A stretch of DNA of 60,000 nucleotides, taken from the NCBI GenBank assembly GCA_965235115.1, contig OZ249436.1, positions 53,508,001 to 53,568,000 of the forward strand. Reading direction: 5' to 3'. A program made the position numbers and the translations under genes. The notes under the pieces are model-generated. The model saw nothing but the letters and a program-made list of their open reading frames with translations, searched no databases and was not told where the DNA came from. Source of the stretch: Laetmonice hystrix. Lineage: Eukaryota. Positions 23,565-36,498 of this stretch are shown piece by piece (positions within the stretch are counted from its first letter, which is position 1; each line of letters starts with the position of its first letter).

Positions 23565-24604
23565 TATATCACATAAGACCGCTGACTCTGTTATTTGTCA
23601 GGTATGTAAGGGACTTAATTCTATACATACTATGTGTTCCAAGTTTGTGGTTTACTATAGTTACAGCTGCCGACCCTCGTGATAGATCTAGCCCTCTCCT
23701 TTGAATAAATAAGTTAATGAGTAAGCCAAAGGGCTCATAAGAATTTCCCACTTGCCATGGCGCCTGTGTTATCAATTCCAATCGAGCCGCCGCCCCCCCC
23801 CCCCCAATAGGCTACTGCAAGTAACTTCTTAAGCATATGGCCTAAAGACTGCTGGGAAGCCTAATATTGTTTGGACAATAAGTGGCGATCATACGAAAAC
23901 GTAATGAGTCAAAGAAGCCTCTGAAAATACCTAGCCTGTTTGTCTTACAAAAAGGTAAAGGAACTTAATTTCGGGTCGTCCACATATTCCAGGTATATAG
24001 TCGGGTTAAAAACGATTAAATAACGTTACGTAACTCCCCACCAGATCTCCTTCGATCCCCCTATACGTAACGCTCAATAATACAACCCACTACCCCCTAC
24101 CTATTAGCCTAATTTTTGAACGGTCGGGCCTTTAGAGTGACCGTCGCCCGTTATGCTGACTGTGACAAACTATATTGAGGTGCTATGCCTAACTGATGGA
24201 TGACTACCGGACCATTCCACGCTTTTCATCGTTACTTTCAACTTCTTTTCTCTTCTTCCGATTCTCTTGTTGATGGAATTACAAAGACAGCTAGGGAGCC
24301 GCCTGGTTCATATTAAGACGACGAAAAGGGAGTCGGCAAAAGACAGAACAAGGGCGAATTGTCATCAGAAAAAAATCTCTAAACCGTGAAGAAGGCAAAG
24401 GAAGGAAACGATGATTGATCAAATAAAGTAACGAAATAAGCTTATAGGAAAGAACTGAAAGAGGGGAATGAACAGAATAAATAGGCCTAAAAGTATAGCT
24501 ACCCCAACAAATAAGAGTAGTTTTCGTATCTCAAACCAAGTGAGGTTATATAGTACAGTAACTTTATTTCAGACTCAGCCATATTCGTATCGGGGGTCCA
24601 TATT

Positions 24605-25150
24605 TTAGGATGACTTGATAACTTTATAATAGACTATAAATAAACATACAACATTTGCGCTTTTTAACTGTCTTGACCTAAATATCATAACAGCACTCTT
24701 CAATGAGTTGTACTGCACATCGTGATCTATACCAAATGTCTCACAAACCCTGAGTATTAAAAGGCCAGATACTGCTTGTACAATTAAGGCGAGATCGTTA
24801 GGTGGTTTATAGTCCCACCACCAAAAGAACACCCAACCTTACATGTATTCAGCTTATTGCTCAGATCATCAACATAAATATTAAAAAAGATACGGTGACA
24901 GGATCCCACCTTCTCTCACTCCATTTGTCACCTCAAATTCAGTTGAGTACACATTACCCCATCGAATACACATCTTTTGGTGTGAATAATATGCAGCAGC
25001 CTGACTATATAGCCAGGTACATCTCTTTTAACAAGTTTATCAAAAAGTACAGGGTAATTCACCCTATCAAAAACCTTGCTTGCATCTATAGGAAACACAC
25101 AAACATACAACCATTCAATTTTCTATACGCATCAATGATTTCTATTAAGA
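24605..25150 (-). mobile_element. Degenerate non-LTR retrotransposon reverse transcriptase fragment
   Basis: IDASKVFDRVNYPVLFDKL (cf. LDxSKAFDRV) and NDLALI...HDVQYNSLKSAVMIF (cf. ADDLxL...NxxKS) in broken frames. Confidence 0.75.
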
Positions 25151-25668
25151 CATATCCACTGGTCAGTCCCATGTTTCTTAAAACCAAAATTACAAAAATC
25201 ATCGGTAGTCTAAAAGATACATCCGCAGAATGGGAAAACATCTGTAAAAAAACGTGTAATCAATGTCCTTGACCGTAGTACATCTTAATCCCTATAGGCC
25301 TAACTCACCTTATAAATCTTTATAAGAAAGTTTCCTTCTGAACTTAAAATTGCTCAGAGTAAGTCCCTCCATAAATCTAATAATAAACATCTGTATAATT
25401 TTTACAGACCAATAGAGCATTTGACACTGTAGAATTTGACTTTTTACTAACCAAATTAGAACATTATGAAATAAGAGGAAACACTCTTAAAATAATTGAA
25501 TGCCCATATCTAAAAGAACGTCACAAACATCTACCAATAGAAATGTGGCCGCAGGAGTCCCCCAAGGCTGTTTTTTTTAAATTTATATAAAATTAATGAT
25601 CTCTCAAAAGTCTCCAAAGTTATGAACCTCATTTTTTCCGCAAATGACAGCGACTTTATCTACACCTA

Positions 25669-25996
25669 CATAGGCGTAGGAACCGGGGGGCAGGGGGGCG
25701 TCAGCCCCCCCCCCCCCAATATCAAAAACATTTGGGTGCTTTCTTGGTCGAGGTGGGTTTCATGCCGATTTTCTATGTATCGCACATAAAAATGATGGAA
25801 TTTTGTTCATAGATTTGAGAGATTTTTGCTCCGAGATGCTCAGAAAACGCGTCTCTGGCATTCCTGAAAAAGAATTTCTGGGGGAGGACCCCCAGACCCC
25901 CCCCCCCCCGGCCCGCCTCGGTGGCCATGCAGGAATTCCCCCTCCCACAACCTTCAGCCCCCCCCCCCCAACCAAAAAGAGCTTCCTACGCCTATG
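25669..25996. mobile_element. GC-rich MITE with 5-bp TSD ACCTA
   Basis: ACCTA|CATAGGCGTAGGAA...TTCCTACGCCTATG|ACCTA. Confidence 0.88.
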
Positions 25997-26378
25997 ACCT
26001 ATATATAAAAGTAACATCAATCCATCCACTATTCTAAATAAGGAGTTAGACAAGATTGTAATAGGCCTATAGTTAAACGTAATTAAGCGCTCAATCAACA
26101 TTAAAAAAACAAACTACATGGTCTCTCCATGTCACCATGTAAAACTATCTCACTAAAACTTGACATTAAAAAACGACCAACCAATCCAACAGGCCTATGT
26201 GACGCAAACTAAATTTTGGGGGTATATAATAGAAACTAATTTATCATGGCAGTCCCTTATCAAATCTCTCGCTATGCCTATAGTATACAGGAATCATTCA
26301 AAAGTCAAGATCCACTCTTGACCGAGATATTCCCATCAAGTTATATTACTCATTCCTCTCCCTACTTCTACACAGACA

Positions 26379-26553
26379 CAGGCGCGGATCCGGGGGGGGG
26401 GGTCCAGGGGGTCGGGACCCCCCCCCCCCCCGCTCGGGACCAACTTAGGTTTTTGCTATGTTATCGGGGAAGGGCCCCAGAGTATTGCCCCCTCCCCCAG
26501 CTGCTCGCATCTTTCGCCCCCCCCCCCTGCAAAAATTCCTGTATCCGCGCCTG
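26379..26553. mobile_element. GC-rich MITE with 5-bp TSD AGACA
   Basis: AGACA|CAGGCGCGGAT...ATCCGCGCCTG|AGACA. Confidence 0.88.
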
Positions 26554-26647
26554 AGACATCACAGTCAAAACAAACACCACGCGCCCTCTTCAATTATTTG
26601 TTCTTCAAAAGAAAGCCATAGGCATAATATTGTCAGGTCAGCAGAAG

Positions 26648-26917
26648 GTGGGTGGGTGGGTATTTGGGGTTTTACGCCTTGCAACAGCCAGGGTCATATC
26701 ACGGCGGTAAAGATGAGATGAAAGTCAGTTTTTCTTGGTGGAGGAAACCGGAGTACCCGGAGGAAACCACCGACCTTCGGGAAGGAACTGACTGACAAAC
26801 CTTTCACACATGCAGCCCAGGCCGGGAATCGAACCCGGGTCGCAGCGGTGTGAGGCGATGGTCCTAGGTGTCATGATGGAGCCGACACCTTAGACCACTC
26901 GGCCACCCGAGGCCCCC
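26648..26917 (-). mobile_element. Full-length tRNA-derived SINE with 12-bp TSD
   Basis: minus strand: A box TGGCCGAGTGG, B box GGTTCGATTCCC, core TTCCTCCGGGTACTCCGGTTTCCTCC, (ACCC)n tail; TSD GGTCAGCAGAAG at 26636-26647 and 26918-26929. Confidence 0.9.
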
Positions 26918-27620
26918 GGTCAGCAGAAGAAATAAACACTCGACAAGCAGTTAGACCACTACATTCTTCCAGCAATATAGGAGGTCAAATTATTAGAACA
27001 ATCTCTTTTTTTTCATATGGTCCGAAAATATTTATTAAAATATTAAAGGAGGGTATATATTGAACTATACACTTCCATAAACACTTATGGATAGGCCTAT
27101 ATACTATAAACTGGATAGGCCTAGGCCTAATCATTCTCTCATCTTATCTCCTAATCATTTGTCAGTTATTTTTTTCTTTTTTCCCCTTTAATTTCTGCTA
27201 CGATTCCTTAAGATTGTTTTTTTTGTGTTCTTTCTTTGTAATTATGTGTTTAAGCGGCACCGAAGTTTCGCTTGTGTAGGCCTAGGCCTATATTATACCA
27301 TGTAAGTTCAGATCATTCTGTGATTAGGTCTACATAAGTTCATTACAATTTACTTTCTCATGCACAATCCTGAAATTATAGTAGCCCCCATGCCTAAACA
27401 TAATTAGGCCTATATATCGGGTGTCCCAGAAAAAGTGAACCGCTTTTTGACAAGTATTTTCTCAATGATAGATAAACCGAATTCATTGAAAATTTTCACT
27501 CAATAACCTTAGGGTATCATCAACAAGTCTGCAAAATATCTAAAAGATCTGACAGAACTTATGCGAGTATTGTCAAATTCAAAACAGCATGTCAAAAAAT
27601 CCAATATCAAAGGAAAACCC

Positions 27621-27830
27621 TTATTTCAGTTTATGCTCAATGTGGCCTCCATCTTCCTTCACGACTACAGGAAGCCGTTCCTTCCAAACAGGAATGCTTT
27701 TACGTATTTCTTCCACCGATATCTTCTCCTATGACATAATTATCCTGTCCTTTAACGCTGCCGGGGTCAATTTGTCTCTCAGTGCCCGGTAAACTTTCTC
27801 CTTCAGAGAGTTCCATATAGCATAATCCAT
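27621..27830 (-). pseudogene. Tc1/mariner transposase C-terminal remnant
   Basis: MDYAIWNSLKEKVY...IIMS*EKISVEEIRKSIPVWKERLPVVVKEDGGHIEHKLK*; typical DYxIW...GGHIE end with one in-frame stop. Confidence 0.8.
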
Positions 27831-28072
27831 GAACATGATGGTGATGGTCAGATTGCACAGTTTTGATATCGGATTTTTTGACATGTTGTTTTGAATTTGA
27901 CAATAGGCCTACTCGCATAATTATTTACGTCCGATCTTTTAGATATTTTGCAGACTTGTTGATGATACCCTAAAGTTATTGTGTGAACAAATTTCAATGA
28001 AATCGGTTTATCTGTTTGCAAGAAACGGCTTCCTTTAATCGAGAAGGAAGATGGAGGCCACATTGAGCATAA

Positions 28073-28462
28073 GGCCAAAAAAAAAATTAGATTCGTTTCT
28101 TGTCCCCGCGCGCGTCACCTAAAAACCCCCGCGTCAAGTCTTTTTTTTTCAAATCCAACTGCTTCATATGGTGGGCAGTGTAGCGCTGTGACAGAACGTT
28201 GCAACGGTTCTTTGGCGTTGGCGTTTTTCTGTTAGTCTTGTTGATTTTATGCGAGTTTTACACATTCTAAAACATTGAACATCATTGCATTAGTCTTTTC
28301 TTCAAGATTTATGTACCCAACAGCAATTGCATTCGAAGAATCGGCCGTTGTCTAGTTTCATCCAAAAAAAAAAGAAAGATAAGAAAAAAAAAAAAAACCG
28401 CGTCACCGCACCAATTTTTTTATATGAAAGGACAAGAAACGAAACTTTTTTTTTTTTTGGCC
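28073..28462. mobile_element. Harbinger-like MITE nested in the Tc1/mariner arm (TAA TSD)
   Basis: TAA|GGCCAAAAA...TTTTTGGCC|TAA; removing it restores CATTGAGCATAAACTGAAA, the complement of the left arm. Confidence 0.9.
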
Positions 28463-29273
28463 TAAACTGAAATAAGGGTTTTTCCTTTGATATTGGATTT
28501 TTTGACATGCTGTTTTGAATTTGACAATAGGCCTACTCGCATAAGTTCTGTCAGATCTTTTAGATATTTTGCAGACTTGTTGATGATAACCTAAGGTTAC
28601 TGTGTGAAAATTTTCAATGAATTCGGTTTACCTATCACTGAGAAATTACTTGTTAAAAAGCGGTTCACTTTTTCTGGGACACCCGATATATAGATCTAGG
28701 CCTAGTTCAATTCAATTCAAATGCAAGAGGAAAGAAAGAAAACGAAAAAAAAACAAAGAAAGGTAGAATCTATAGGCCTAGGCTATACACGGTCCAAAAG
28801 GAAAAAAAGAGAGACTATATGAATGAGCGTAGCCCAGGAAAGGAAAACGATACGGGATATGACTGGCTGGAACTTTTGAAGCCTATAATAGTGTAATAAT
28901 CCTTTAATAGGTGGCGCACCTCGCGCACCTGTTGATATTATTCCGCAGGATATAGGGTGGCCTCCGATGCAAGTTAGTCACCTAATAAGGAAACGTCATC
29001 AATCTCCTTTAAGTTTAAGTGCTTGCAGAACGGTGTCTCTTCTTTCCCTAGCTATTACTATGCTGCGCAGCACAAGTTTTATGTTAACAGAATCTGATTA
29101 AAATACACTATTCACGACCTATTTTGTGTGTTACCTTTTCCGGAAACCATGCTACTGCGTACTTCGGTCGTCTGATTACGGCAGGCATAACAACAAACGA
29201 AGGATCGGGGGTCGATATGGTCAAGTTCGTGAGTTGATGGCGGATCCATCCCCACGAATGCCTGTGGAATATT

Positions 29274-29408
29274 ATGGATGGCTTTGACGAAGAATATGCA
29301 GAGCGGCTTCGTGCTGTGTTTGATCTGTGTGATGTACAAAAACAGGGGTTTATAACTGTGCGGCATTTCGTGGATCTAGCCAAGGAACATTTCGGTGGAG
29401 CGGACGAG
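29274..29408 (+). CDS. RAB11FIP4: Rab11 family-interacting protein 3/4-like (nuf-like), exon 1 (EF-hand 1)
   Basis: MDGFDEEYAERLRAVFDLCDVQKQGFITVRHFVDLAKEHFGGADE; GTGAGT donor, phase 0. Confidence 0.85.
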
Positions 29409-29932
29409 GTGAGTGTGGTCTCCGTCACTACGATTTCTACTCCTATATTTTCACCTGGCTACCGAACTTTCTCAGGTGTGTACAGGTGTGCCTCTAAACA
29501 GAAGTTGGGAATGTCAGTGTATTTCAGTTTTTATTATACATGGATTGATGAGTGTATGGACGGAATGATGAGTGTTCCAAAGGGTGTACGATTTTAATTG
29601 TTAATCGATGGTCAGTGTTTGTTTGAATGAAGCCAGGTAACCGTGACTGACGACCACGTCCATGGCTAGAGGGATGGCGCGGTGGGCGTAGGCGTACTCG
29701 GACTGGAGACTACACCCACATATTAATTTATCGTTTTCTCCAGCTATCATTGAACGTTTTATGCCTATGCCATGTTATGGTATGGTCAGAACTTTGTTTG
29801 AAAAAATATGGCCTTTAATTAATGCCTGCTACTGGGGTAATGATATTACTACTAGTGTTAGAGTCTCGACTCTAGCCATACCTTTTTAATTGGTACTTAT
29901 AGCTAAACCCTTATATCCTACTTTATTTATAA

Positions 29933-30203
29933 TATAGGCAGTGGTTATTTTGCCGGCATTCTGGCAAAATAAGTAAACGAGTTTGACTAATTGCCAACAC
30001 GAAACAATATTTTTGGGTTAGGGTTAAGGTTAGGCCTAGGGTTAGGGTTAATTTAGTATTAAATTGGTTGTTTATTAGGCGTTAATTAGATAATCTGCTA
30101 TTTTGCTGGAAGATTTCATCCAATCAGAATCCAGTAAATTTGCAGTCATAAGACCCATCCATATAGGCCTACCGGGTTACTGGCAAAATAACCACTGCCT
30201 ATA
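29933..30203. mobile_element. MITE with 22-bp TIRs and internal (GGTTAG)n
   Basis: TATAGGCAGTGGTTATTTTGCC...GGCAAAATAACCACTGCCTATA. Confidence 0.8.
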
Positions 30204-30687
30204 GGCCGCCTATGTCTCATTTTAGGGCCCTTTTTGCAGAATTCATACAACTTTCAAAGATATGTGTTCTAGGGATGTCAATAAGTCTACATACCAAGAA
30301 TTATAGCCATCTGATTTATGTCCACTGCGTATGCAGCGATCATTTGAGCCATAACCCAAACCCATAACTAACCCTAAATCCGATTAATTGTCATCATGTG
30401 ATCGAAACAAATAGGTCAGGTCAAGATCACTGGGTAGCAATCTAGCAAGACCATGATAAGTAGACTTCCATTTACCAGGGTTAGAAAAAAAATCATGATT
30501 TCAAATTGTAATAAAAAAGTCTGATTTACAAAAAATTAAATCAGATTTTAAAAACTTACATAACGATTTTTATACATTTTTTTCCAGAACAGATGGTTGA
30601 ATGAATCATAAATACAAATATATGATTTTAATGCAATTTTTAATGCAATATTACGATTTATTTTGCTAAACACAGTACCCTACTTAA

Positions 30688-31214
30688 AGCCCCAGTCATA
30701 GGTGCCGGATCAACACAGATCACATCTGGCACATTCCGGCGTGTGAACCATGTAGCCGCCGTGTAGCTCAGCGGCGATCCCTGTTGGTGCTGGAACATCC
30801 GGATATGTCCTTGGGGTCCGGCAGGCCAACACGGCAGTTTTGGGAAGTTCAAAACTGCTGTGTTCCTCCGTGACAGTCCGGGAAAATGGCAACATCTGGG
30901 GTGGACCGTGTTGGCCGTGTCGCTGCCGTGTAGGTCTGGGATGGTCCGTGTAGACGCCGTGTTTATCCAGGGCAGTCCGTCTCTCTGCCGTGTTGGTCCG
31001 TGTTAGTCCGTCGCTCTGCCGTGAATGTCCGGGACGGTCCTTGGTCATCCGTGTGGGCGCCGTGTTGATTGCGCCCGTGTTTGTACGGGTTCGTCCGTGT
31101 AGCTGCCATGTTGCCACCCCAAAAAGAGCACAGATCATCCCGGATCTTGATCCGGCGGGATCCGGCACTTTCCGGGACTGCCGTGTCCATCCGTGCTTAT
31201 ATGGGACTGGGGCT
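30688..31214. mobile_element. Harbinger-like MITE (TAA TSD) rich in CCGTG repeats
   Basis: TAA|AGCCCCAGTC...GACTGGGGCT|TAA; GC-rich with many CCGTG(T) motifs; lies in an AT-rich stretch that may be an older element (~30476-31465). Confidence 0.85.
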
Positions 31215-31528
31215 TAAGGAATCATCTTTCATTAACCAAAATCACTTGAATAGGTGGGCCTTATTAGCAAACAAAATTACTGTATGTTCCGGTACCCAGA
31301 ATTTATAAAAATGTATGAACATGGGACAAAATTATGTTTATCTGGATCAAGAAATAAAGCCCCAAATATAAAAATAATATATAGAAAATTTATAATAATT
31401 CATAAAAATAACAAATAGAAAACACAATTTTTTTTTGCAGTGATTTAAATCAATGATTGACCCCAAGTTGAAAATTTCTGACCCGAATTAGTAGTTGTAA
31501 GCATAAGACCTGATTATTCATGAAAGCT

Positions 31529-32505
31529 AGTCAAGTCAAGTCAAGTCAAATAAACTTTTATTGATGCAGATGTAAGAAATAAATAACAAATGTGTATACA
31601 TCATTACGTAACAACGAACGAAACAACTGAACAAGAATATGTGTATAATAATGCATCTGCAACAAAAGGGAGTGAAGCTCACAAGAGCTATTTTTCCCTC
31701 AATTATTTACAACTTTGAGTTGGTGACATGGGTGTAGAACAAAACTTATCAGACTAAATTAAACATGAGCATAAAGTGATAAACACAGGAAAGTAAGAAC
31801 CACCCCCTACCCCCCACAAGGGAAGCACACACAGAAAGAAGCTAATATAGTATACACCATATTCCAAATTGTAGTCAAACCTATTATATTAATATAAACT
31901 AATACCTGTTGACATAGTAGATTATTTAGCCATTTTCTCCCGTAGTAAGGAGAAATTCTTTAAGATGATATTTGAAAGTGGCTAGTGAGCAATTAAAGTT
32001 TACTTTTTCTTTAAAAGAATTATAGAGATGAACCCCAGTATATCTTATTGTCGTACGGTAAAGTTCTGTTTTGAAGATAGGTCCTCGAAAGAGATCGAGA
32101 TATCTTGTGTTATATTCATGAACCTCATAATTGCGACAAAACATATCATTAAATATACTTGGTAACAAGTGATGTACATATTTATACATAAATATTACAA
32201 CTCTGCAGGTATATAAGTGGCTAAGATGGAGTATTTTTAAGTCCTTGAACAGTTCATGTGTATGGGCCTTCCGGTCTGAGAAAGTTATGATGCGAATTAT
32301 TTTTTTTTGAAGTCTAAACAGGGGTGAAAGATATGTTGTTGATGTACAACCCCAGACTTCATTACAATAATGGAGATAAGGGTACACAAAGGAGTAGTAC
32401 AAAATAAGAAGAGTATTCCTGTTTAAAAACCTTCTAGCCTTACTGATAATACCAGTAGCTCTCGCAATTTTGCCTTTAATATGGTTAATATGATGCGACC
32501 AGTTA
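31529..32505 (-). mobile_element. 5'-truncated LINE (CR1/L2 group): ORF2 C-terminus, 3'UTR and (TTGAC)n tail
   Basis: ORF 31926-32402 YYSFVYPYLHYCNEVWG...LQKKIIRII...HEYNTR; microsatellite tail at 31529-31550. Confidence 0.88.
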
Positions 32506-32694
32506 GAAGAAATATTTTAAGGGGCTTTGACCAGTGGTAAATAAAAAATTGTGAATGGCACACACACATATCAGATGCTGAATCATCCATAAGGTAAGGC
32601 ATTCATGCTTGCCCATGACCTAGCATGTTTCATTCCTGGTGCTAGGTCAAAGTCTTTGACCGCGATGGTATCTCGCAGTACCAAGAAGGTTTGT

Positions 32695-32852
32695 CGGCTG
32701 GAGGTCTGTCAATCTGCTGCTCCTATTGGATTTATTGAACTGACAAATTGACTAGAGAAGGAGGATTTCAATTTCGGCTGGAAGTCTGGCAATCTGCTGC
32801 TCCTATTGGATTTATTGAACTGACAAATTGACTAGAGAAGGAGGATTTCAAT
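32695..32852. repeat. Tandem duplication, 80-bp period, two copies
   Basis: CGGCTGGA.GTCTG.CAATCTGCTGCTCCTATTGG...GGAGGATTTCAAT occurs twice. Confidence 0.9.
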
Positions 32853-35044
32853 AAATTTCTGATAGAGGAAGTGAAGAGGACATTATTAGAATGAGTCATA
32901 ATTTTGTTTTTAAATCGCCCAAGCTGAGTGTCATTCACCATTGTCGCTAATTGGTCAATACCTAACAAAATGACTGTTATCCTGATATTAGTGTTATCAT
33001 CTCGCTGGCCACTAGGCTCGGTGGTCCATTGAAAATCGTTTAATTTAAAGAGCAGGCTATTTCAAGCTGAAATGGATAAGGGCCAACTTGAACATGTGTG
33101 ATGCTTTTTCAAAGTTTGTAGAGCAGTCCAGAACCAGTGCAGAAAGTTAAAAAACGGCTGTTTGACATTTGTCAGTCTACAATTGACGTTGACTTAAACT
33201 TTTGAAATGGCCATAAAATTATATATTAGGCTACTAATGTGCCTATTATTTAAAACCTTACATCCGAGTCTTTTCTTCAGCACACATTTGTTGCAAGGCA
33301 CTGTAAATGTGTGTCTAATTATTTTATTTGTCGTATGACAAGTTATTGTTTTCACAAAGTAATGTTATTTAACATAGGTTCTGGTCAGAGCATGCGGCTA
33401 TGTCATATGCCAATAGTCAAATTCCCAATCATGTAAAAATCTTTAGGATAATCCTATCTACTGTATTAAGGTAGGTTCTGGTCAGAGCTCAGCACGAGGC
33501 TAGATGCTGTATGCTGATAGTGAAATTATCAGTATACGGTAAATTATGGAGCGACTCGACTGGAGCGGAGGGTTTGAATTTGTCTCTGGAGCTGCCCTTT
33601 GATGCTGATATTGGGGCCAACCCAGGTTCACCCTGATCACCGTGAAAATATGACCAATGACAGGTGAGCTCCAGTTTGGGGAAACCCTCCGTATAACAAA
33701 AAGGGGTGGCAGCAGGGGGACACAGAGAGGACTCTACTGATTCCATTGATTGGATTACAGGTACTCGTGGCGTGAGGTTCTGTCAGACAGGCTAGCACTC
33801 TGGAGTTGTATTTGACAGTGCGCATTGCTGGAAATTCCAGCGGAATCCTCATTGACACCAGATGTTGGAATCTACATCACTTGCCAGCCCGGAAGTTTGG
33901 ACACAGTATAATTTATTATTGGCTCGAGCCTGAGTGTAGGCGGGTTAAGTATGGCGGCAGAAAAAAAACTATTGGAAACCTGTGATGGTTACATTGAAGT
34001 GTCATCCCACTGCCAGCACACTAAGGATTGGAGAACAATGGCTTGGCTCCAGGCCTGTGACCAAGAACGGGTATGTGGTCGCATGATGCCATGGTGATCA
34101 TAATCACAGTTGAGCTTACCTTAGGGCCCGGGTAATATTGAATAAAATTCATTTGGAAATTGTCCACTACATGCAGGAGTTCACAGGTGGGTGTAGTGAG
34201 AGTGGTCGTAGCCTGTGTAATAATATTTGTATGTTTCATACAAGTGAGCTGCATTGACATCCATTACATCATGATCATGACCTGAGGTATCTCAGGCTGT
34301 CAGCACGACATGACATTGGATGAGGTAAACGCTGTCCAGATGGAATCATATTAGGATAGTGGGGTATACAACACTGGCTCCAGACAAGAGCTTCAAACCT
34401 TTGCCACCCCTTAAAAAAAAAAAAAAATAGGGGTCAAAGTGTGAACTGGGCAAGATGAATGTGATAAATTTAAAGTGACTATAAAGTGAAAACAGCCAGC
34501 CCTAGAAACGGCAGGTGCAGATACACACTCGTGTCAGTTTTCAATAGATGTAACTATGTGTGACTTCCAAAGCTTTCATGCAATCAATGACAGATCACAA
34601 GTCGTCACAAGGAATGATTACAAACGACTGGGTAGTACAGAACCTTTTCATGAGGTGTAAGTTTTAATATCTAAAGGCACAGTTCCACTGCAGCCGTGTG
34701 AGACGATCAGCTCACAAAAGAGAAGCGGTTGCAGCTGTTAAGAGTGTAGCTTGCCTTAACGTCTGTACTGCATGTAGATCTCGTGGCTGGGGTACGCCTA
34801 TGTGCAGCAGACAGTTACAGGGTAAATATGCCAAAATCAGGATGCTCATAACAAGAGATCGCGAATGTTTCACGGTAATCAACTATCGGACACTGAGCCT
34901 GGCTGAAGGACGTAAGACTGACCAATAGACAGTCTGGTCTTCTACACATAGCATTTTGGATTGGTTTCTCCATTCCTTTGTATTTGGTTCTGCACAATGA
35001 TCTCATTAAAACCTGTTATTAATGATCGCAATTATTCTTTTCAG

Positions 35045-35150
35045 GATCTGAGTGACATAGTTGCTGTACTGGATAATGAAGGGGATGGCCGAATATATTT
35101 TGGTGACTTCTGCAGTGGGGTCCGACAAATCACTGAATTAGCTGCTTCAA
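35045..35150 (+). CDS. RAB11FIP4: Rab11-FIP3/4-like exon 2 (EF-hand 2)
   Basis: TTTTCAG acceptor; DLSDIVAVLDNEGDGRIYFGDFCSGV; GTGAGT donor, phase 1. Confidence 0.88.
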
Positions 35151-36394
35151 GTGAGTAACATTTTAATGTCAAATGTGAACTTAGATATATACCTTATTTC
35201 TAGGTATATCTGCTGGCATGTGTTTTGGTTTGTATGGATTGTATGTTGACTTGTAAGTAGAATATCTGGCATGTCTAGGCTAAGGTTTATTACAATATGT
35301 ATTTCCACGTTAATGGTTTTTTTTACAATTTAAGAACCTTTGGAGAGCCATATTCAATAGTCAGGAAAAGGTCAACTCACAAAAAGAAATAAGATCATTA
35401 AAGTCAGGTCTTATTTTAGGGGGATGATATTACAGTGCTATACAGTGGAATAGATGACCTGGCCTGAAATTTAATATAGGAGTATCCAGGTTGGGTAACA
35501 TCATGGTTCAAGGTTTACTAGGATAAACGAACAAGTTTCACTGAGAGTCATTGCTTAATCTATGTACTTTTATATGTCATAACTATTAGTATTGTAAAAC
35601 GGTCCTGTATCATTGCTACACCCAAACATTGGTTACAGAAATTCTGTTGCTTTCAGTTGATAGCTTACAAAGCATAAGTCGTGTAGTATTTTATGGAGGG
35701 ATTTATTTCCTGTCTGTACAAGGTTATGCAAGTGATAGGGTAGGGAAACTACATCTCCATTATTGTTATTAATATATTTAGGTGAAGGCTATGGTAGTGG
35801 CCCAGAATCGTTCAGAAGTTGACAGCCTTACCCACCACGGCTTGATTAAAGTCGCTGTATATGACCATTTAATCATGGGGAGTGGTCCATACAAAGTGCC
35901 CGTAGCCTTTCAGGGACTGCATCCTTGGGGTAGCCAGGGCCCAAGGGACCTGTGCCGCTACCATGCTCACTGTAATAACGGTCCCTCTGTATTGGAAACA
36001 ATATAAAGGTAGTGGCCCCAGAAGACATTGGCACCCAGTAAATTGCATTGCCTAGGTCCGGTTTGCTATGGTTTTACAGGTCTGCAAAAACTTAATGGCT
36101 AATTACACAAATGAGTACACACACCCTAGTGAACAGCCCCACTTCTGAATCTTGTTGTAGGGTGGTCTGAGTAGTATTTGTAACAGTCATTTTAAAGGGG
36201 ATGTCATAGAAAGGATGAGTCCAGTAATAGACTATAATAGATGTCATGCTTTATATTGAGTGTAGTGACAAGCTTGATTAAAAAAGAGCATGTAGGCTGA
36301 AGGCATGAAATATAAGTTTAAGCTGAAGCAAATCCTATCTGCACTTGATGCACGGCCGCCTCTCGTGATGCATGAGCGTTCTGCCTACTTCCAG

Positions 36395-36498
36395 ACCCAA
36401 ACAGTCCCACAAACTTCGGATCCCCTCCATTTCCACTGAACCACATCAGCAGTGAGGAGACGCTGGTTCCCGTCGAGGATGACACCAACAGTAGCGGG
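36395..36498 (+). CDS. RAB11FIP4: Rab11-FIP3/4-like exon 3
   Basis: TTCCAG acceptor, GTAAGT donor; phase 1 to 0 bridges exons 2 and 4; NPNSPTNFGSPPFPLNHISSEETLVPVEDDTNSSG. Confidence 0.75.

Larger units (their letters stand above)
25410..26635 (+). mobile_element. Degenerate CR1/L2-group LINE RT remnant interrupted by MITEs
   Basis: fragments read AFDTV, KLEHYEIRGNTL, GVPQG and a TKF(L)GVII-like motif; frameshifted. Confidence 0.7.
27417..28686. mobile_element. Non-autonomous Tc1/mariner-type element with long inverted arms, TA-flanked
   Basis: TA|TCGGGTGTCCCAGAAAAAGTGAACCGC...GCGGTTCACTTTTTCTGGGACACCCGA|TA; arms >200 bp. Confidence 0.9.

Noticed and set aside
24802..25272. 156-aa plus-strand ORF
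   Set aside because: Antisense to a decayed LINE RT fragment; no recognisable domain.
26790..26917. tRNA gene on the minus strand
   Set aside because: The A/B boxes are the head of a SINE with core, tail and TSD; no proper cloverleaf.
30658..31308. GC-rich ORFs up to 152 aa
   Set aside because: They lie within a Harbinger-like MITE made of CCGTG repeats.
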